From positions 1 to 21,099 of the forward strand of contig NEEC01000447.1 in the NCBI GenBank assembly GCA_002189035.1: DNA of 21,099 nucleotides, read 5' to 3'. Below, one piece after another: positions 8,153 to 20,883 of the stretch. How positions within the stretch are numbered: the stretch's first letter is position 1; each line of letters opens with the position of its first letter. This DNA comes from Utricularia gibba (taxonomy: Eukaryota; Plantae; Magnoliophyta). Under the pieces are notes generated by a model. It made no database searches and was not told the DNA's origin. It was given only the letters and a program-made list of their open reading frames with translations. The position numbers and the translations under genes are program-made.

Positions 8153-8989
8153 GGGGTGCACGTGACATCCCAATTTCAACAAATGCATCATGATTTTCGT
8201 CGAGTGGCCCATGAGCCCGTCCGAACCCGGGGCCCGGGCCAAGGGCCCTCGAGAGCGCCCGCCTCAATACGAGGAGGTGTTCCTTCAAAAACCATATACG
8301 CGTCTCGTCACAACCCAACGTTAATAAATGCATCACTTTTTTGGCGCGCTACTGCTGACTTTGGGCCTGAGTTCGGCACGACCTCCGGCTCGATCAGGGT
8401 GCCCCCCGAGAGCTCCTCCTTAAGTATAAAGTGTGTTGTTGAAAAAAACCGTGTGCGGTTCTCGTGACATCCTAACTTCAACAAATGCATCACGATTTTC
8501 GTCGAGTCGGACGGGACCGGGCTCCCGGGGCCCGGACGAGGCGCAGCGCCCGCTCCCTCCCCCCCAAAACTAGAAGGTGTTCCATGGAAAACCATTTAGG
8601 GCTCGTGACAACCCAAAGTTAATAAATGCATCACTTTCTTGCCGGGCTACAATGACTTTACGCTCGAGCCTGGTACGACGTATGGGAAGATTCGAGTGCC
8701 CCCCGAGCGTCTCCACAAGTATAAAGCGTGTTGTTGAAAAAACCGTGTTGGGTGCACGTGACATCCTAATTTCAACAAATGTGTCACGATTTTCGCGAGT
8801 GGGACCAGAGTGGGCTCATCAGCCAGACCGAACCCGGGGCCCAAGCCAAGGGCCCCTCGAGAGCGCCCCCACAAAACTAGATGGTGTTCCACGAAAAAAA
8901 TTAGGCGGCTCGTGATAACCCAACGCTAAGAAATGCATCCCTTTTTTCGCCGGGCTAAAACTGACTTTGGGCTCATGCCCGGCGCGACC
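8153..8989. repeat. ~150-bp A/B mini-array, copy 4
   Basis: Collinear with 1255-2102. Confidence 0.92.
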
Positions 8990-9301
8990 CCCAGCCCGTG
9001 TGCATACGCAGCAGCACCACGAGGCCACATGGGCTTGGTTAATGCCCGCGTGCTCGAGCAGCAGCCAAGGCCATACGGCCGTGGAAAAAAAGAAAAACAA
9101 CCATAAAATACAATAAGCCAAAAATAAAAAATAAAATTGATAAACCCTTGGTTCGGTTCGGGCCCAATCAAAACCCGTAGGGTTTAACCCGTTCGGGTTG
9201 AACAGAAAGACAACCCCATGGGTCATGCAAACTGTAATACCCAGAATTTCATCGGGTTGGGTCCGAACCTGAATGGATCCAACCCAGGCCCATCTCTAAT
9301 C

Positions 9302-10184
9302 ATAATCATATGATATAGGTTTATTAAATTATAATAATTGAAATACATTATTTATTAAACCGTAGGATAACTGTGAAAGCTTCTTTGACTTAATTATTAC
9401 CATTTGATCCTCAGTTGTACTTTGGATGGAGTGTGTATTTTTACTTTAGTCAATTTAATTAGCATTCGATCCTTGGTTATGATTCAGATCATATTTGCTA
9501 TTTTTTTACTTTAAATATTTTATTATCATTCGATCCTTAAGTATAATGCGGATCGAGCGCGTATTTTTTATTTTAGCATTCGAACGTTAGGTATGCTGCG
9601 GATCGAGCGTATATTTTTCACTCTCATATTTTTATTAGCCTTAGATCCTTAGGTATACTTTGGATCGAGTGCATATTCATTTATTTTAAATCTTAATTAG
9701 CGTTCCACCGTTAGGAGCAATTTAGAACGTGTATACATTACAATGCCATGCCACACGGGCGTGGTTTACGCACAACCCACGCCCGTGTGCCCTTGCAATG
9801 TAAACACGCTCCACATTGCTCCTAAGGATCGAGCGTTAACACAAGTTTCAAGTAAACCATCTCCACTCGATCCGAATCATGTCTAAAGACCGAAAGCCAA
9901 TAAAAATATTAAAATAAAAATATACGCTCGATCCGCATCATATCTTAGAATCGAATGCAAATAGAATCGTTCAAATAAAAAATATACACTCGATTGGAAT
10001 CTTAACCAAGGATCGAATGCTAATTAAAATGATTAAAATAAAAATGCACACTCCATCCAAAGTATAACTAAGGGTCGAATGCTAATAAAATTAAAAACTA
10101 AGAAACTTTCACATGTAGTATATGCTTTAATAACTAACGTATTTACATTATTTATATTTTAATAAACATATATCACATGATTAT
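9302..10184. mobile_element. Foldback element, copy 5
   Basis: Collinear with 88-984; 13-nt deletion variant. Confidence 0.7.
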
Positions 10185-10456
10185 AAAAATATTTTTTTTG
10201 TCATTGTAGAAAGCTCATCACGCCACGCACACCACCCTGGAGAGGTTTCAACAGCTGTTATGAACTCACAACCCCTTGCTCAGCAGATTCAGTAAAATTC
10301 TCTAACACTTGGGCTTCCAACGGATCATATCCCATATTCATTCATACGAAATTGTGCAAGAATAATGTGACTTTGAGTTTGAACTAGATAGTAGGACGCT
10401 GATCGAAGAATGGCCCATCGAGTCTCTAAAATTGGCCGTCCTCGCTCAACAAATGT

Positions 10457-11307
10457 GGGGTGCACGTGACATCCCAATTTCAACAAATGCATCATGATTT
10501 TCGTCGAGTGGGCCCATGAGCCCGTCCGAACCCGGGGCCCGGGCCAAGGGCCCCTCGAGAGCGCCCGCCTCAATACGAGGAGGTGTTCCTTCAAAAACCA
10601 TATACGCGTCTCGTCACAACCCAACGTTAATAAATGCATCACTTTTTTTGGCGCGCTACTGCTGACTTTGGGCCTGAGTTCGGCACGACCTCCGGCTCGA
10701 TCAGGGTGCCCCACCGAGAGCTCCTCCTTAAGTATAAAGTGTGTTGTTGAAAAAAACCGGTGTGCGGTTCTCGTGACATCCTAACTTCAACAAATGCATC
10801 ACGATTTTCGTCGAGTCGGACGGGACCGGGCTCCCGGGGCCCGGACGAGGCGCAGCGCCCGCTCCCCTCCCCCCCAAAACTAGAAGGTGTTCCATGGAAA
10901 ACATTTAGGCGGCTCGTGACAACCCAAAGTTAATAAATGCATCACTTTCTTTGCCGGGCTACAATGACTTTACGCTCGAGCCTGGTACGACGTATGGGAA
11001 GATTCGAGTGCCCCCCGAGAGCGTCTCCACAAGTATAAAGCGTGTTGTTGAAAAAACCGTGTTGGGTGCACGTGACATCCTAATTTCAACAAATGTGTCA
11101 CGATTTTCGCCGAGTGGGACCAGAGTGGGCTCATCAGCCAGACCGAACCCGGGGCCCAAGCCAAGGGCCCCTCGAGAGCGCCCCCCCACAAAACTAGATG
11201 GTGTTCCACGAAAAAAAATTAGGCGGCTCGTGATAACCCAACGCTAAGAAATGCATCCCTTTTTTCGCCGGGCTAAAACTGACTTTGGGCTCATGCCCGG
11301 CGCGACC
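10457..11307. repeat. ~150-bp A/B mini-array, copy 5
   Basis: Collinear with 1255-2102. Confidence 0.92.
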
Positions 11308-11608
11308 CCCAGTGTGCATACGCAGCAGCACCACGAGGCCACATGGGCTTGGTTAATGCCCGCGTGCTCGAGCAGCAGCCACAAGGCCATACGGCCGTGG
11401 AAAAAAAGAAAACCCAATACAATAAGCCAAAAATAAAAATAAAATTGATAAACCCTTGGTTCGGTTCGGCCCAATCAAAACCCGTAGGGTTTAACCCGTT
11501 CGGGTTGAACAGAAAGACAACCCCATGGGTCATGCAAACTGTAATACCCAGAATTTCATCGGGTTGGGTCCGAACCTGAATGGATCCAACCCAGGCCCAT
11601 CTCTAATC

Positions 11609-12507
11609 ATAATCATATGATATAGGTTTATTAAATTATAAATAATTGAAATACATTATTTATTAAACCGTAGGATAACTGTGAAAGCTTCTTTGACTTA
11701 ATTATTACCATTTGATCCTCAGTTGTACTTTGGATGGAGTGTGTATTTTTACTTTAGTCAATTTAATTAGCATTCGATCCTTGGTTATGATTCAGATCAT
11801 ATTTGCTATTTTTTTACTTTAAATATTTTTATTATCATTCGATCCTTAAGTATAATGCGGATCGAGCGCGTATTTTTTATTTTAATATTTTTTATTAGCA
11901 TTCGAACGTTAGGTATGCTGCGGATCGAGCGTATATTTTTCACTCTCATATTTTTATTAGCCTTAGATCCTTAGGTATACTTTGGATCGAGTGCATATTC
12001 ATTTATTTTAAATCTTAATTAGCGTTCCACCCGTTAGGAGCAATTTAGAACGTGTATACATTACAATGCCATGCCACACGGGCGTGGTTTACGCACAACC
12101 CACGCCCGTGTGCCCTTGCAATGTAAACACGCTCCACATTGCTCCTAAGGATCGAGCGTTAACACAAGTTTCAAGTAAACCATCTCCACTCGATCCGAAT
12201 CATGTCTAAAGACCGAAAGCCAATAAAAATATTAAAATAAAAAATATACGCTCGATCCGCATCATATCTTAGAATCGAATGCAAATAGAATCGTTCAAAT
12301 AAAAAATATACACTCGATTGGAATCTTAACCAAGGATCGAATGCTAATTAAAATGATTAAAATAAAAATGCACACTCCATCCAAAGTAAACTAAGGGTCG
12401 AATGCTAATAAAATTAAAAACTAAGAAACTTTCACATGTAGTATATGCTTTAATAACTAACGTATTTACATTATTTATATTTTAATAAACATATATCACA
12501 TGATTAT
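11609..12507. mobile_element. Foldback element, copy 6
   Basis: Collinear with 88-984; long variant. Confidence 0.7.
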
Positions 12508-12777
12508 AAAAATATTTTTTTTGTCATTGTAGAAAGCTCATCACGCCACGCACACCACCCTGGAGAGGTTTCAACAGCTGTTATGAACTCACAACCCCTT
12601 GCTCAGCAGATTCAGTAAAATTCTAACACTTGGGCTTCCAACGGATCATATCCCATATTCATTCATACGAAATTGTGCAAGAATAATGTGACTTTGAGTT
12701 TGAACTAGATAGTAGGACGCTGATCGAAGAATGGCCCATCGAGTCTCTAAAATTGGCCGTCCTCGCTCAACAAATGT

Positions 12778-13611
12778 GGGGTGCACGTGACATCCCAATT
12801 TCAACAAATGCATCATGATTTTCGTCGAGTGGCCCATGAGCCCGTCCGAACCCGGGGCCCGGGCCAAGGGCCCCTCGAGAGCGCCCGCCTCAATACGAGG
12901 AGGTGTTCCTTCAAAACCATATACGCGTCTCGTCACAACCCAACGTTAATAAATGCATCACTTTTTTTGGCGCGCTACTGCTGACTTTGGGCCTGTTCGG
13001 CACGACCTCCGGCTCGATCAGGGTGCCCCACCGAGAGCTCCTCCTTAAGTGTGTGTTGTTGAAAAAAACCGTGTGCGGTTCTCGTGACATCCTAACTTCA
13101 ACAAATGCATCACGATTTTCGTCGAGTCGGACGGGACCGGGCTCCCGGGGCCCGGACGAGGCGCAGCGCCCGCTCCCTCCCCCCCAAAACTAGAAGGTGT
13201 TCCATGGAAAACCATTTAGGCGGCTCGTGACAACCCAAAGTTAATAAATGCATCACTTTCTTTGCCGGGCTACAATGACTTTACGCTCGAGCCTGGTACG
13301 ACGTATGGGAAGATTCGAGTGCCCCCCGAGAGCGTCTCCACAAGTATAAAAGCGTGTTGTTGAAAAAACCGTGTTGGGTGCACGTGACATCCTAATTTCA
13401 ACAAATGTGTCACGATTTTCGCCGAGTGGGACCAGAGTGGGCTCATCAGCCAGACCGAACCCGGGGCCCAAGCCAAGGGCCCCTCGAGAGCGCCCCCACA
13501 AAACTAGATGGTGTTCCACGAAAAAAATTAGGCGGCTCGTGATAACCCTAAGAAATGCATCCCTTTTTTCGCCGGGCTAAAACTGACTTTGGGCTCATGC
13601 CCGGCGCGACC
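12778..13611. repeat. ~150-bp A/B mini-array, copy 6
   Basis: Collinear with 1255-2102. Confidence 0.92.
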
Positions 13612-13924
13612 CCCAGCCCGTGTGCATACGCAGCAGCACCACGAGGCCACATGGGCTTGGTTAATGCCCGCGTGCTCGAGCAGCAGCCACAAGGCCATAC
13701 GGCCGTGGAAAAAAGAAAAAACAACCATAAAATACAATAAGCCAAAAATAAAAATAAAATTGATAAACCCTTGGTTCGGTTCGGGCCCAATCAAAACCCG
13801 TAGGGTTTAACCCGTTCGGGTTGAACAGAAAGACAACCCCATGGGTCATGCAAACTGTAATACCCAGAATTTCATCGGGTTGGGTCCGAACCTGAATGGA
13901 TCCAACCCAGGCCCATCTCTAATC

Positions 13925-14820
13925 ATAATCATATGATATAGGTTTATTAAATTATAAATAATTGAAATACATTATTTATTAAACCGTAGGATAAACTGTG
14001 AAAGCTTCTTTGACTTAATTACCATTTGATCCTCAGTTGTACTTTGGATGGAGTGTGTATTTTTACTTTAGTCAATTTAATTAGCATTCGATCCTTGGTT
14101 ATGATTCAGATCATATTTGCTATTTTTTTACTTTAAATATTTTTATTATCATTCGATCCTTAAGTATAATGCGGATCGAGCGCGTATTTTTTATTTTAAT
14201 ATTTTTTATTAGCATTCGAACGTTAGGTATGCTGCGGATCGAGCGTATATTTTTCACTCTCATATTTTTATTAGCCTTAGATCCTTAGGTATACTTTGGA
14301 TCGAGTGCATATTCATTTATTTTAAATCTTAATTAGCGTTCCACCGTTAGGAGCAATTTAGAACGTGTATACATTACAATGCCATGCCACACGGGCGTGG
14401 TTTACGCACAACCCACGCCCGTGTGCCCTTGCAATGTAAACACGCTCCACATTGCTCCTAAGGATCGAGCGTTAACACAAGTTTCAAGTAAACCATCTCC
14501 ACTCGATCCGAATCATGTCTAAAGACCGAAAGCCAATAAAAATATTAAAATAAAAAATATACGCTCGATCCGCATCATATCTTAGAATCGAATGCAAATA
14601 GAATCGTTCAAATAAAAAATATACACTCGATTGGAATCTTAACCAAGGATCGAATGCTAATTAAAATGATTAAAATAAAAATGCACACTCCATCCAAAGT
14701 ATAACTAAGGGTCGAATGCTAATAAAATTAAAAACTAAGAAACTTTCACATGTAGTATATGCTTTAATAACTAACGTATTTACATTATTTATATTTAATA
14801 AACATATATCACATGATTAT
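13925..14820. mobile_element. Foldback element, copy 7
   Basis: Collinear with 88-984; long variant. Confidence 0.7.
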
Positions 14821-15091
14821 AAAAATATTTTTTTTGTCATTGTAGAAAGCTCATCACGCCACGCACACCACCTGGAGAGGTTTCAACAGCTGTTATGAAC
14901 TCACAACCCCTTGCTCAGCAGATTCAGTAAAATTCTCTAACACTTGGGCTTCCAACGGATCATATCCCATATTCATTCATACGAAATTGTGCAAGAATAA
15001 TGTGACTTTGAGTTTGAACTAGATAGTAGGACGCTGATCGAAGAATGGCCCATCGAGTCTCTAAAATTGGCCGTCCTCGCTCAACAAATGT

Positions 15092-15942
15092 GGGGTGCAC
15101 GTGACATCCCAATTTCAACAAATGCATCATGATTTTCGTCGAGTGGGCCCATGAGCCCGTCCGAACCCGGGGCCCGGGCCAAGGGCCCCTCGAGAGCGCC
15201 CGCCTCAATACGAGGAGGTGTTCCTTCAAAAACCATATACGCGTCTCGTCACAACCCAACGTTAATAAATGCATCACTTTTTTTGGCGCGCTACTGCTGA
15301 CTTTGGGCCTGAGTTCGGCACGACCTCCGGCTCGATCAGGGTGCCCCACCGAGAGCTCCTCCTTAAGTATAAAGTGTGTTGTTGAAAAAAAACCGTGTGC
15401 GGTTCTCGTGACATCCTAACTTCAACAAATGCATCACGATTTTCGTCGAGTCGGACGGGACCGGGCTCCCGGGGCCCGGACGAGGCGCAGCGCCCGCTCC
15501 CCTCCCCCCCAAAACTAGAAGGTGTTCCATGGAAAACCATTTAGGCGGCTCGTGACAACCCAAAGTTAATAAATGCATCACTTTCTTTGCCGGGCTACAA
15601 TGACTTTACGCTCGAGCCTGGTACGACGTATGGGAAGATTCGAGTGCCCCCCGAGAGCGTCTCCACAAGTATAAAGCGTGTTGTTGAAAAAACCGTGTTG
15701 GGTGCACGTGACATCCTAATTTCAACAAATGTGTCACGATTTTCGCCGAGTGGGACCAGAGTGGGCTCATCAGCCAGACCGAACCCGGGGCCCAAGCCAA
15801 GGGCCCCTCGAGAGCGCCCCCCACAAAACTAGATGGTGTTCCACGAAAAAAAATTAGGCGGCTCGTGATAACCCAACGCTAAGAAATGCATCCCTTTTTT
15901 CGCCGGGCTAAAACTGACTTTGGGCTCATGCCCGGCGCGACC
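15092..15942. repeat. ~150-bp A/B mini-array, copy 7
   Basis: Collinear with 1255-2102. Confidence 0.92.
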
Positions 15943-16249
15943 CCCAGCCCGTGTGCATACGCAGCAGCACGAGGCCACATGGGCTTGGTTAATGCCCGCG
16001 TGCTCGAGCAGCAGCCACAAGGCCATACGGCCGTGGAAAAAAAGAAAACAACCATAAAATACAATAAGCCAAAAATAAAAAATAAAATTGATAAACCCTT
16101 GGTTCGGTTCGGGCCCAATCAAAACCCGTAGGGTTTAACCCGTTCGGGTTGAACAGAAAGACAACCCCATGGGTCATGCAAACTGTAATACCCAGAATTT
16201 CATCGGGTTGGGTCCGAACCTGAATGGATCCAACCCAGGCCCATCTCTA

Positions 16250-17140
16250 ATCATCATATGATATAGGTTTATTAAATTATAAATAATTGAAATATTATTT
16301 ATTAAACCGTAGGATAACTGTGAAAGCTTCTTTGACTTAATTTACCATTTGATCCTCAGTTGTACTTTGGATGGAGTGTGTATTTTTACTTTAGTCAATT
16401 TAATTAGCATTCGATCCTTGGTTATGATTCAGATCATATTTGCTATTTTTTTACTTTAAATATTTTTATTATCATTCGATCCTTAAGTATAATGCGGATC
16501 GAGCGCGTATTTTTTATTTTAATATTTTTTATTAGCATTCGAACGTTAGGTATGCTGCGGATCGAGCGTATATTTTTCACTCTCATATTTTTATTAGCCT
16601 TAGATCCTTAGGTATACTTTGGATCGAGTGCATATTCATTTATTTTAAATCTTAGCGTTCCACCGTTAGGAGCAATTTAGAACGTGTATACATTACAATG
16701 CCATGCCACACGGCGTGGTTTACGCACAACCCACGCCCGTGTGCCCTTGCAATGTAAACACGCTCCACATTGCTCCTAAGGATCGAGCGTTAACACAAGT
16801 TTCAAGTAAACCATCTCCACTCGATCCGAATCATGTCTAAAGACCGAAAGCCAATAAAAATATTAAAATAAAAAATATACGCTCGATCCGCATCATATCT
16901 TAGAATCGAATGCAAATAGAATCGTTCAAATAAAAAATATACACTCGATTGGAATCTTAACCAAGGATCGAATGCTAATTAAAATGATTAAAATAAAAAT
17001 GCACACTCCATCCAAAGTATAACTAAGGGTCGAATGCTAATAAAATTAAAAACTAAGAAACTTTCACATGTAGTATATGCTTTAATAACTAACGTATTTT
17101 ACATTATTTATATTTTAATAAACATATATCACATGATTAT
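16250..17140. mobile_element. Foldback element, copy 8
   Basis: Collinear with 88-984; a 3-nt deletion at the left edge makes the start approximate. Confidence 0.7.
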
Positions 17141-17412
17141 AAAAATATTTTTTTTGTCATTGTAGAAAGCTCATCACGCCACGCACACCACCCTGGAGAG
17201 GTTTCAACAGCTGTTATGAACTCACAACCCCTTGCTCAGCAGATTCAGTAAAATTCTCTAACACTTGGGCTTCCAACGGATCATATCCCATATTCATTCA
17301 TACGAAATTGTGCAAGAATAATGTGACTTTGAGTTTGAACTAGATAGTAGGACGCTGATCGAAGAATGGCCCATCGAGTCTCTAAAATTGGCCGTCCTCG
17401 CTCAACAAATGT

Positions 17413-18258
17413 GGGGTGCACGTGACATCCCAATTTCAACAAATGCATCATGATTTTCGTCGAGTGGGCCCATGAGCCCGTCCGAACCCGGGGCCCGGGC
17501 CAAGGGCCCCTCGAGAGCGCCCGCCTCAATACGAGGAGGTGTTCCTTCAAAAACCATATACGCGTCTCGTCACAACCCAACGTTAATAAATGCATCACTT
17601 TTTTTGGCGCGCTACTGCTGACTTTGGGCCTGAGTTCGGCACGACCTCCGGCTCGATCAGGGTGCCCCACGAGAGCTCCTCCTTAAGTATAAAGTGTGTT
17701 GTTGAAAAAAACGTGTGCGGTTCTCGTGACATCCTAACTTCAACAAATGCATCACGATTTTCGTCGAGTCGGACGGGACCGGGCTCCCGGGGCCCGGACG
17801 AGGCGCGCGCCCGCTCCCCTCCCCCCCAAAACTAGAAGGTGTTCCATGGAAAACCATTTAGGCGGCTCGTGACAACCCAAGTTAATAAATGCATCACTTT
17901 CTTTGCCGGGCTACAATGACTTTACGCTCGAGCCTGGTACGACGTATGGGAAGATTCGAGTGCCCCCCGAGAGCGTCTCCACAAGTATAAAGCGTGTTGT
18001 TTGAAAAAACCGTGTTGGGTGCACGTGACATCCTAATTTCAACAAATGTGTCACGATTTTCGCCGAGTGGGACCAGAGTGGGCTCATCAGCCCAGACCGA
18101 ACCCGGGGCCCAAGCCAAGGGCCCCTCGAGAGCGCCCCCCACAACTAGATGGTGTTCCACGAAAAAAAATTAGGCGGCTCGTGATAACCCAACGCTAAGA
18201 AATGCATCCCTTTTTTCGCCGGGCTAAAACTGACTTTGGGCTCATGCCCGGCGCGACC
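17413..18258. repeat. ~150-bp A/B mini-array, copy 8
   Basis: Collinear with 1255-2102. Confidence 0.92.
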
Positions 18259-18562
18259 CCCAGCCCGTGTGCATACGCAGCAGCACCACGAGGCCACATG
18301 GGCTTGGTTAATGCCCGCGTGCTCGAGCAGCAGCCACAAGGCCATACGGCCGTGGAAAAAAAGAAAAACAACCATAAAATACAAAAATAAAAAATAAAAT
18401 TGATAAACCCTTGGTTCGGTTCGGGCCCAATCAAAACCCGTAGGGTTTAACCCGTCGGGTTGAACAGAAAGACAACCCATGGGTCATGCAAACTGTAATA
18501 CCCAGAATTTCATCGGGTTGGGTCCGAACCTGAATGGATCCAACCCAGGCCCATCTCTAATC

Positions 18563-19458
18563 ATAATCATATGATATAGGTTTATTAAATTATAAATAAT
18601 TGAAATACATTATTATTAAACCGTAGGATAACTGTGAAAGCTTCTTTGACTTAATTATTACCATTGATCCTCAGTTGTACTTTGGATGGAGTGTGTATTT
18701 TTACTTTAGTCAATTTAATTAGCATTCGATCCTTGGTTATGATTCAGATCATATTTGCTATTTTTTTACTTTAAATATTTTTATTATCATTCGATCCTTA
18801 AGTATATATGCGGATCGAGCGCGTATTTTTATTTTAATATTTTTTATTAGCATTCGAACGTTAGGTATGCTGCGGATCGAGCGTATATTTTTCACTCTCA
18901 TATTTTTATTAGCCTTAGATCCTTAGGTATACTTTGGATCGAGTGCATATTCATTTATTTTAAATCTTAATTAGCGTTCCACCGTTAGGAGCAATTTAGA
19001 ACGTGTATACATTACAATGCCATGCCACACGGGCGTGGTTTACGCACAACCCACGCCCGTGTGCCCTTGCAATGTAAACACGCTCCACATTGCTCCTAAG
19101 GATCGAGCGTTAACACAAGTTTCAAGTAAACCATCTCCACTCGATCCGAATCATGTCTAAAGACCGAAAGCCAATAAAAATATTAAAAAAAAAATATACG
19201 CTCGATCCGCATCATATCTTAGAATCGAATGCAAATAGAATCGTTCAAATAAAAAATATACACTCGATTGGAATCTTAACCAAGGATCGAATGCTAATTA
19301 AAATGATTAAAATAAAAATGCACACTCCATCCAAAGTATAACTAAGGGTCGAATGCTAATAAAATTAAAAACTAAGAAACTTTCACATGTAGTATATGCT
19401 TTAATAACTAACGTATTTACATTATTTATATTTTAATAAACATATATCACATGATTAT
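18563..19458. mobile_element. Foldback element, copy 9
   Basis: Collinear with 88-984; long variant. Confidence 0.7.
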
Positions 19459-19729
19459 AAAAATATTTTTTTGTCATTGTAGAAAGCTCATCACGCCACG
19501 CACACCACCCTGGAGAGGTTTCAACAGCTGTTATGAACTCACAACCCCTTGCTCAGCAGATTCAGTAAAATTCTCTAACACTTGGGCTTCCAACGGATCA
19601 TATCCCATATTCATTCATACGAAATTGTGCAAGAATAATGTGACTTTGAGTTTGAACTAGATAGTAGGACGCTGATCGAAGAATGGCCCATCGAGTCTCT
19701 AAAATTGGCCGTCCTCGCTCAACAAATGT

Positions 19730-20571
19730 GGGGTGCACGTGACATCCCAATTTCAACAAATGCATCATGATTTTCGTCGAGTGGGCCCATGAGCCCGTCC
19801 GAACCCGGGGCCCGGGCCAAGGGCCCCTCGAGAGCGCCCGCCTCAATACGAGGAGGTGTTCCTTCAAAAACCATATACGCGTCGTCACAACCCAACGTTA
19901 ATAAATGCATCACTTTTTTTGGCGCGCTACTGCTGACTTTGGGCCTGAGTTCGGCACGACCTCCGGCTCGATCAGGGTGCCCCACCGAGAGCTCCTCCTT
20001 AAGTATAAAGTGTGTTGTTGAAAAAAACGTGTGCGGTTCTCGTGACATCCTAACTTCAACAAATGCATCACGATTTTCGTCGAGTCGGACGGGACCGGGC
20101 TCCCGGGGCCCGGACGAGGCGCAGCGCCCGCTCCCCTCCCCCCAAAACTAGAAGGTGTTCCATGGAAAACCATTTAGGCGGCTCGTGACAACCCAAAGTT
20201 AATAAATGCATCACTTTCTTTGCCGGGCTACAATGACTTTACGCTCGAGCCTGGTACGACGTATGGGAAGATTCGAGTGCCCCCCGAGAGCGTCTCCACA
20301 AGTATAAAGCGTGTTGTTGAAAAACCGTGTTGGGTGCACGTGACATCCTAATTTCAACAAATGTGTCACGATTTTCGCCGAGTGGGACCAGAGTGGCTCA
20401 TCAGCCAGACCGAACCCGGGCCCAAGCCAAGGGCCCTCGAGAGCGCCCCCCACAAAACTAGATGGTGTTCCACGAAAAAAAATTAGGCGGCTCGTGATAA
20501 CCCAACGCTAAGAAATGCATCCCTTTTTTCGCCGGGCTAAAACTGACTTTGGGCTCATGCCCGGCGCGACC
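19730..20571. repeat. ~150-bp A/B mini-array, copy 9
   Basis: Collinear with 1255-2102. Confidence 0.92.
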
Positions 20572-20883
20572 CCCAGCCCGTGTGCATACGCAGCAGCACC
20601 ACGAGGCCACATGGGCTTGGTTAATGCCCGCGTGCTCGAGCAGCAGCCACAAGGCCATACGGCCGTGGAAAAAAGAAAAACAACCATAAAATACAATAAG
20701 CCAAAAATAAAATAAAATTGATAAACCCTTGGTTCGGTTCGGGCCCAATCAAAACCCGTAGGGTTTAACCCGTTCGGGGTTGAACAGAAAGACAACCCCA
20801 TGGGTCATGCAAACTGTAATACCCAGAATTTCATCGGGTTGGGTCCGAACCTGAATGGATCCAACCCAGGCCCATCTCTAATC

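Noticed and set aside
3961-13180. Possible 4.6-kb super-period (shorter C run before the C6-7 tract in copies 2, 4 and 6)
   Set aside because: It rests on one homopolymer length, the least reliable character here; copy 8 breaks the pattern and no other variant alternates.
1123-20801. The ~100 short ORFs in the six-frame track as genes
   Set aside because: All are under 160 aa, lie in repeats, overlap in several frames, change frame between copies at homopolymers and show no recognisable domain (no transposase, Gag/Pol, Rep or helicase motifs).
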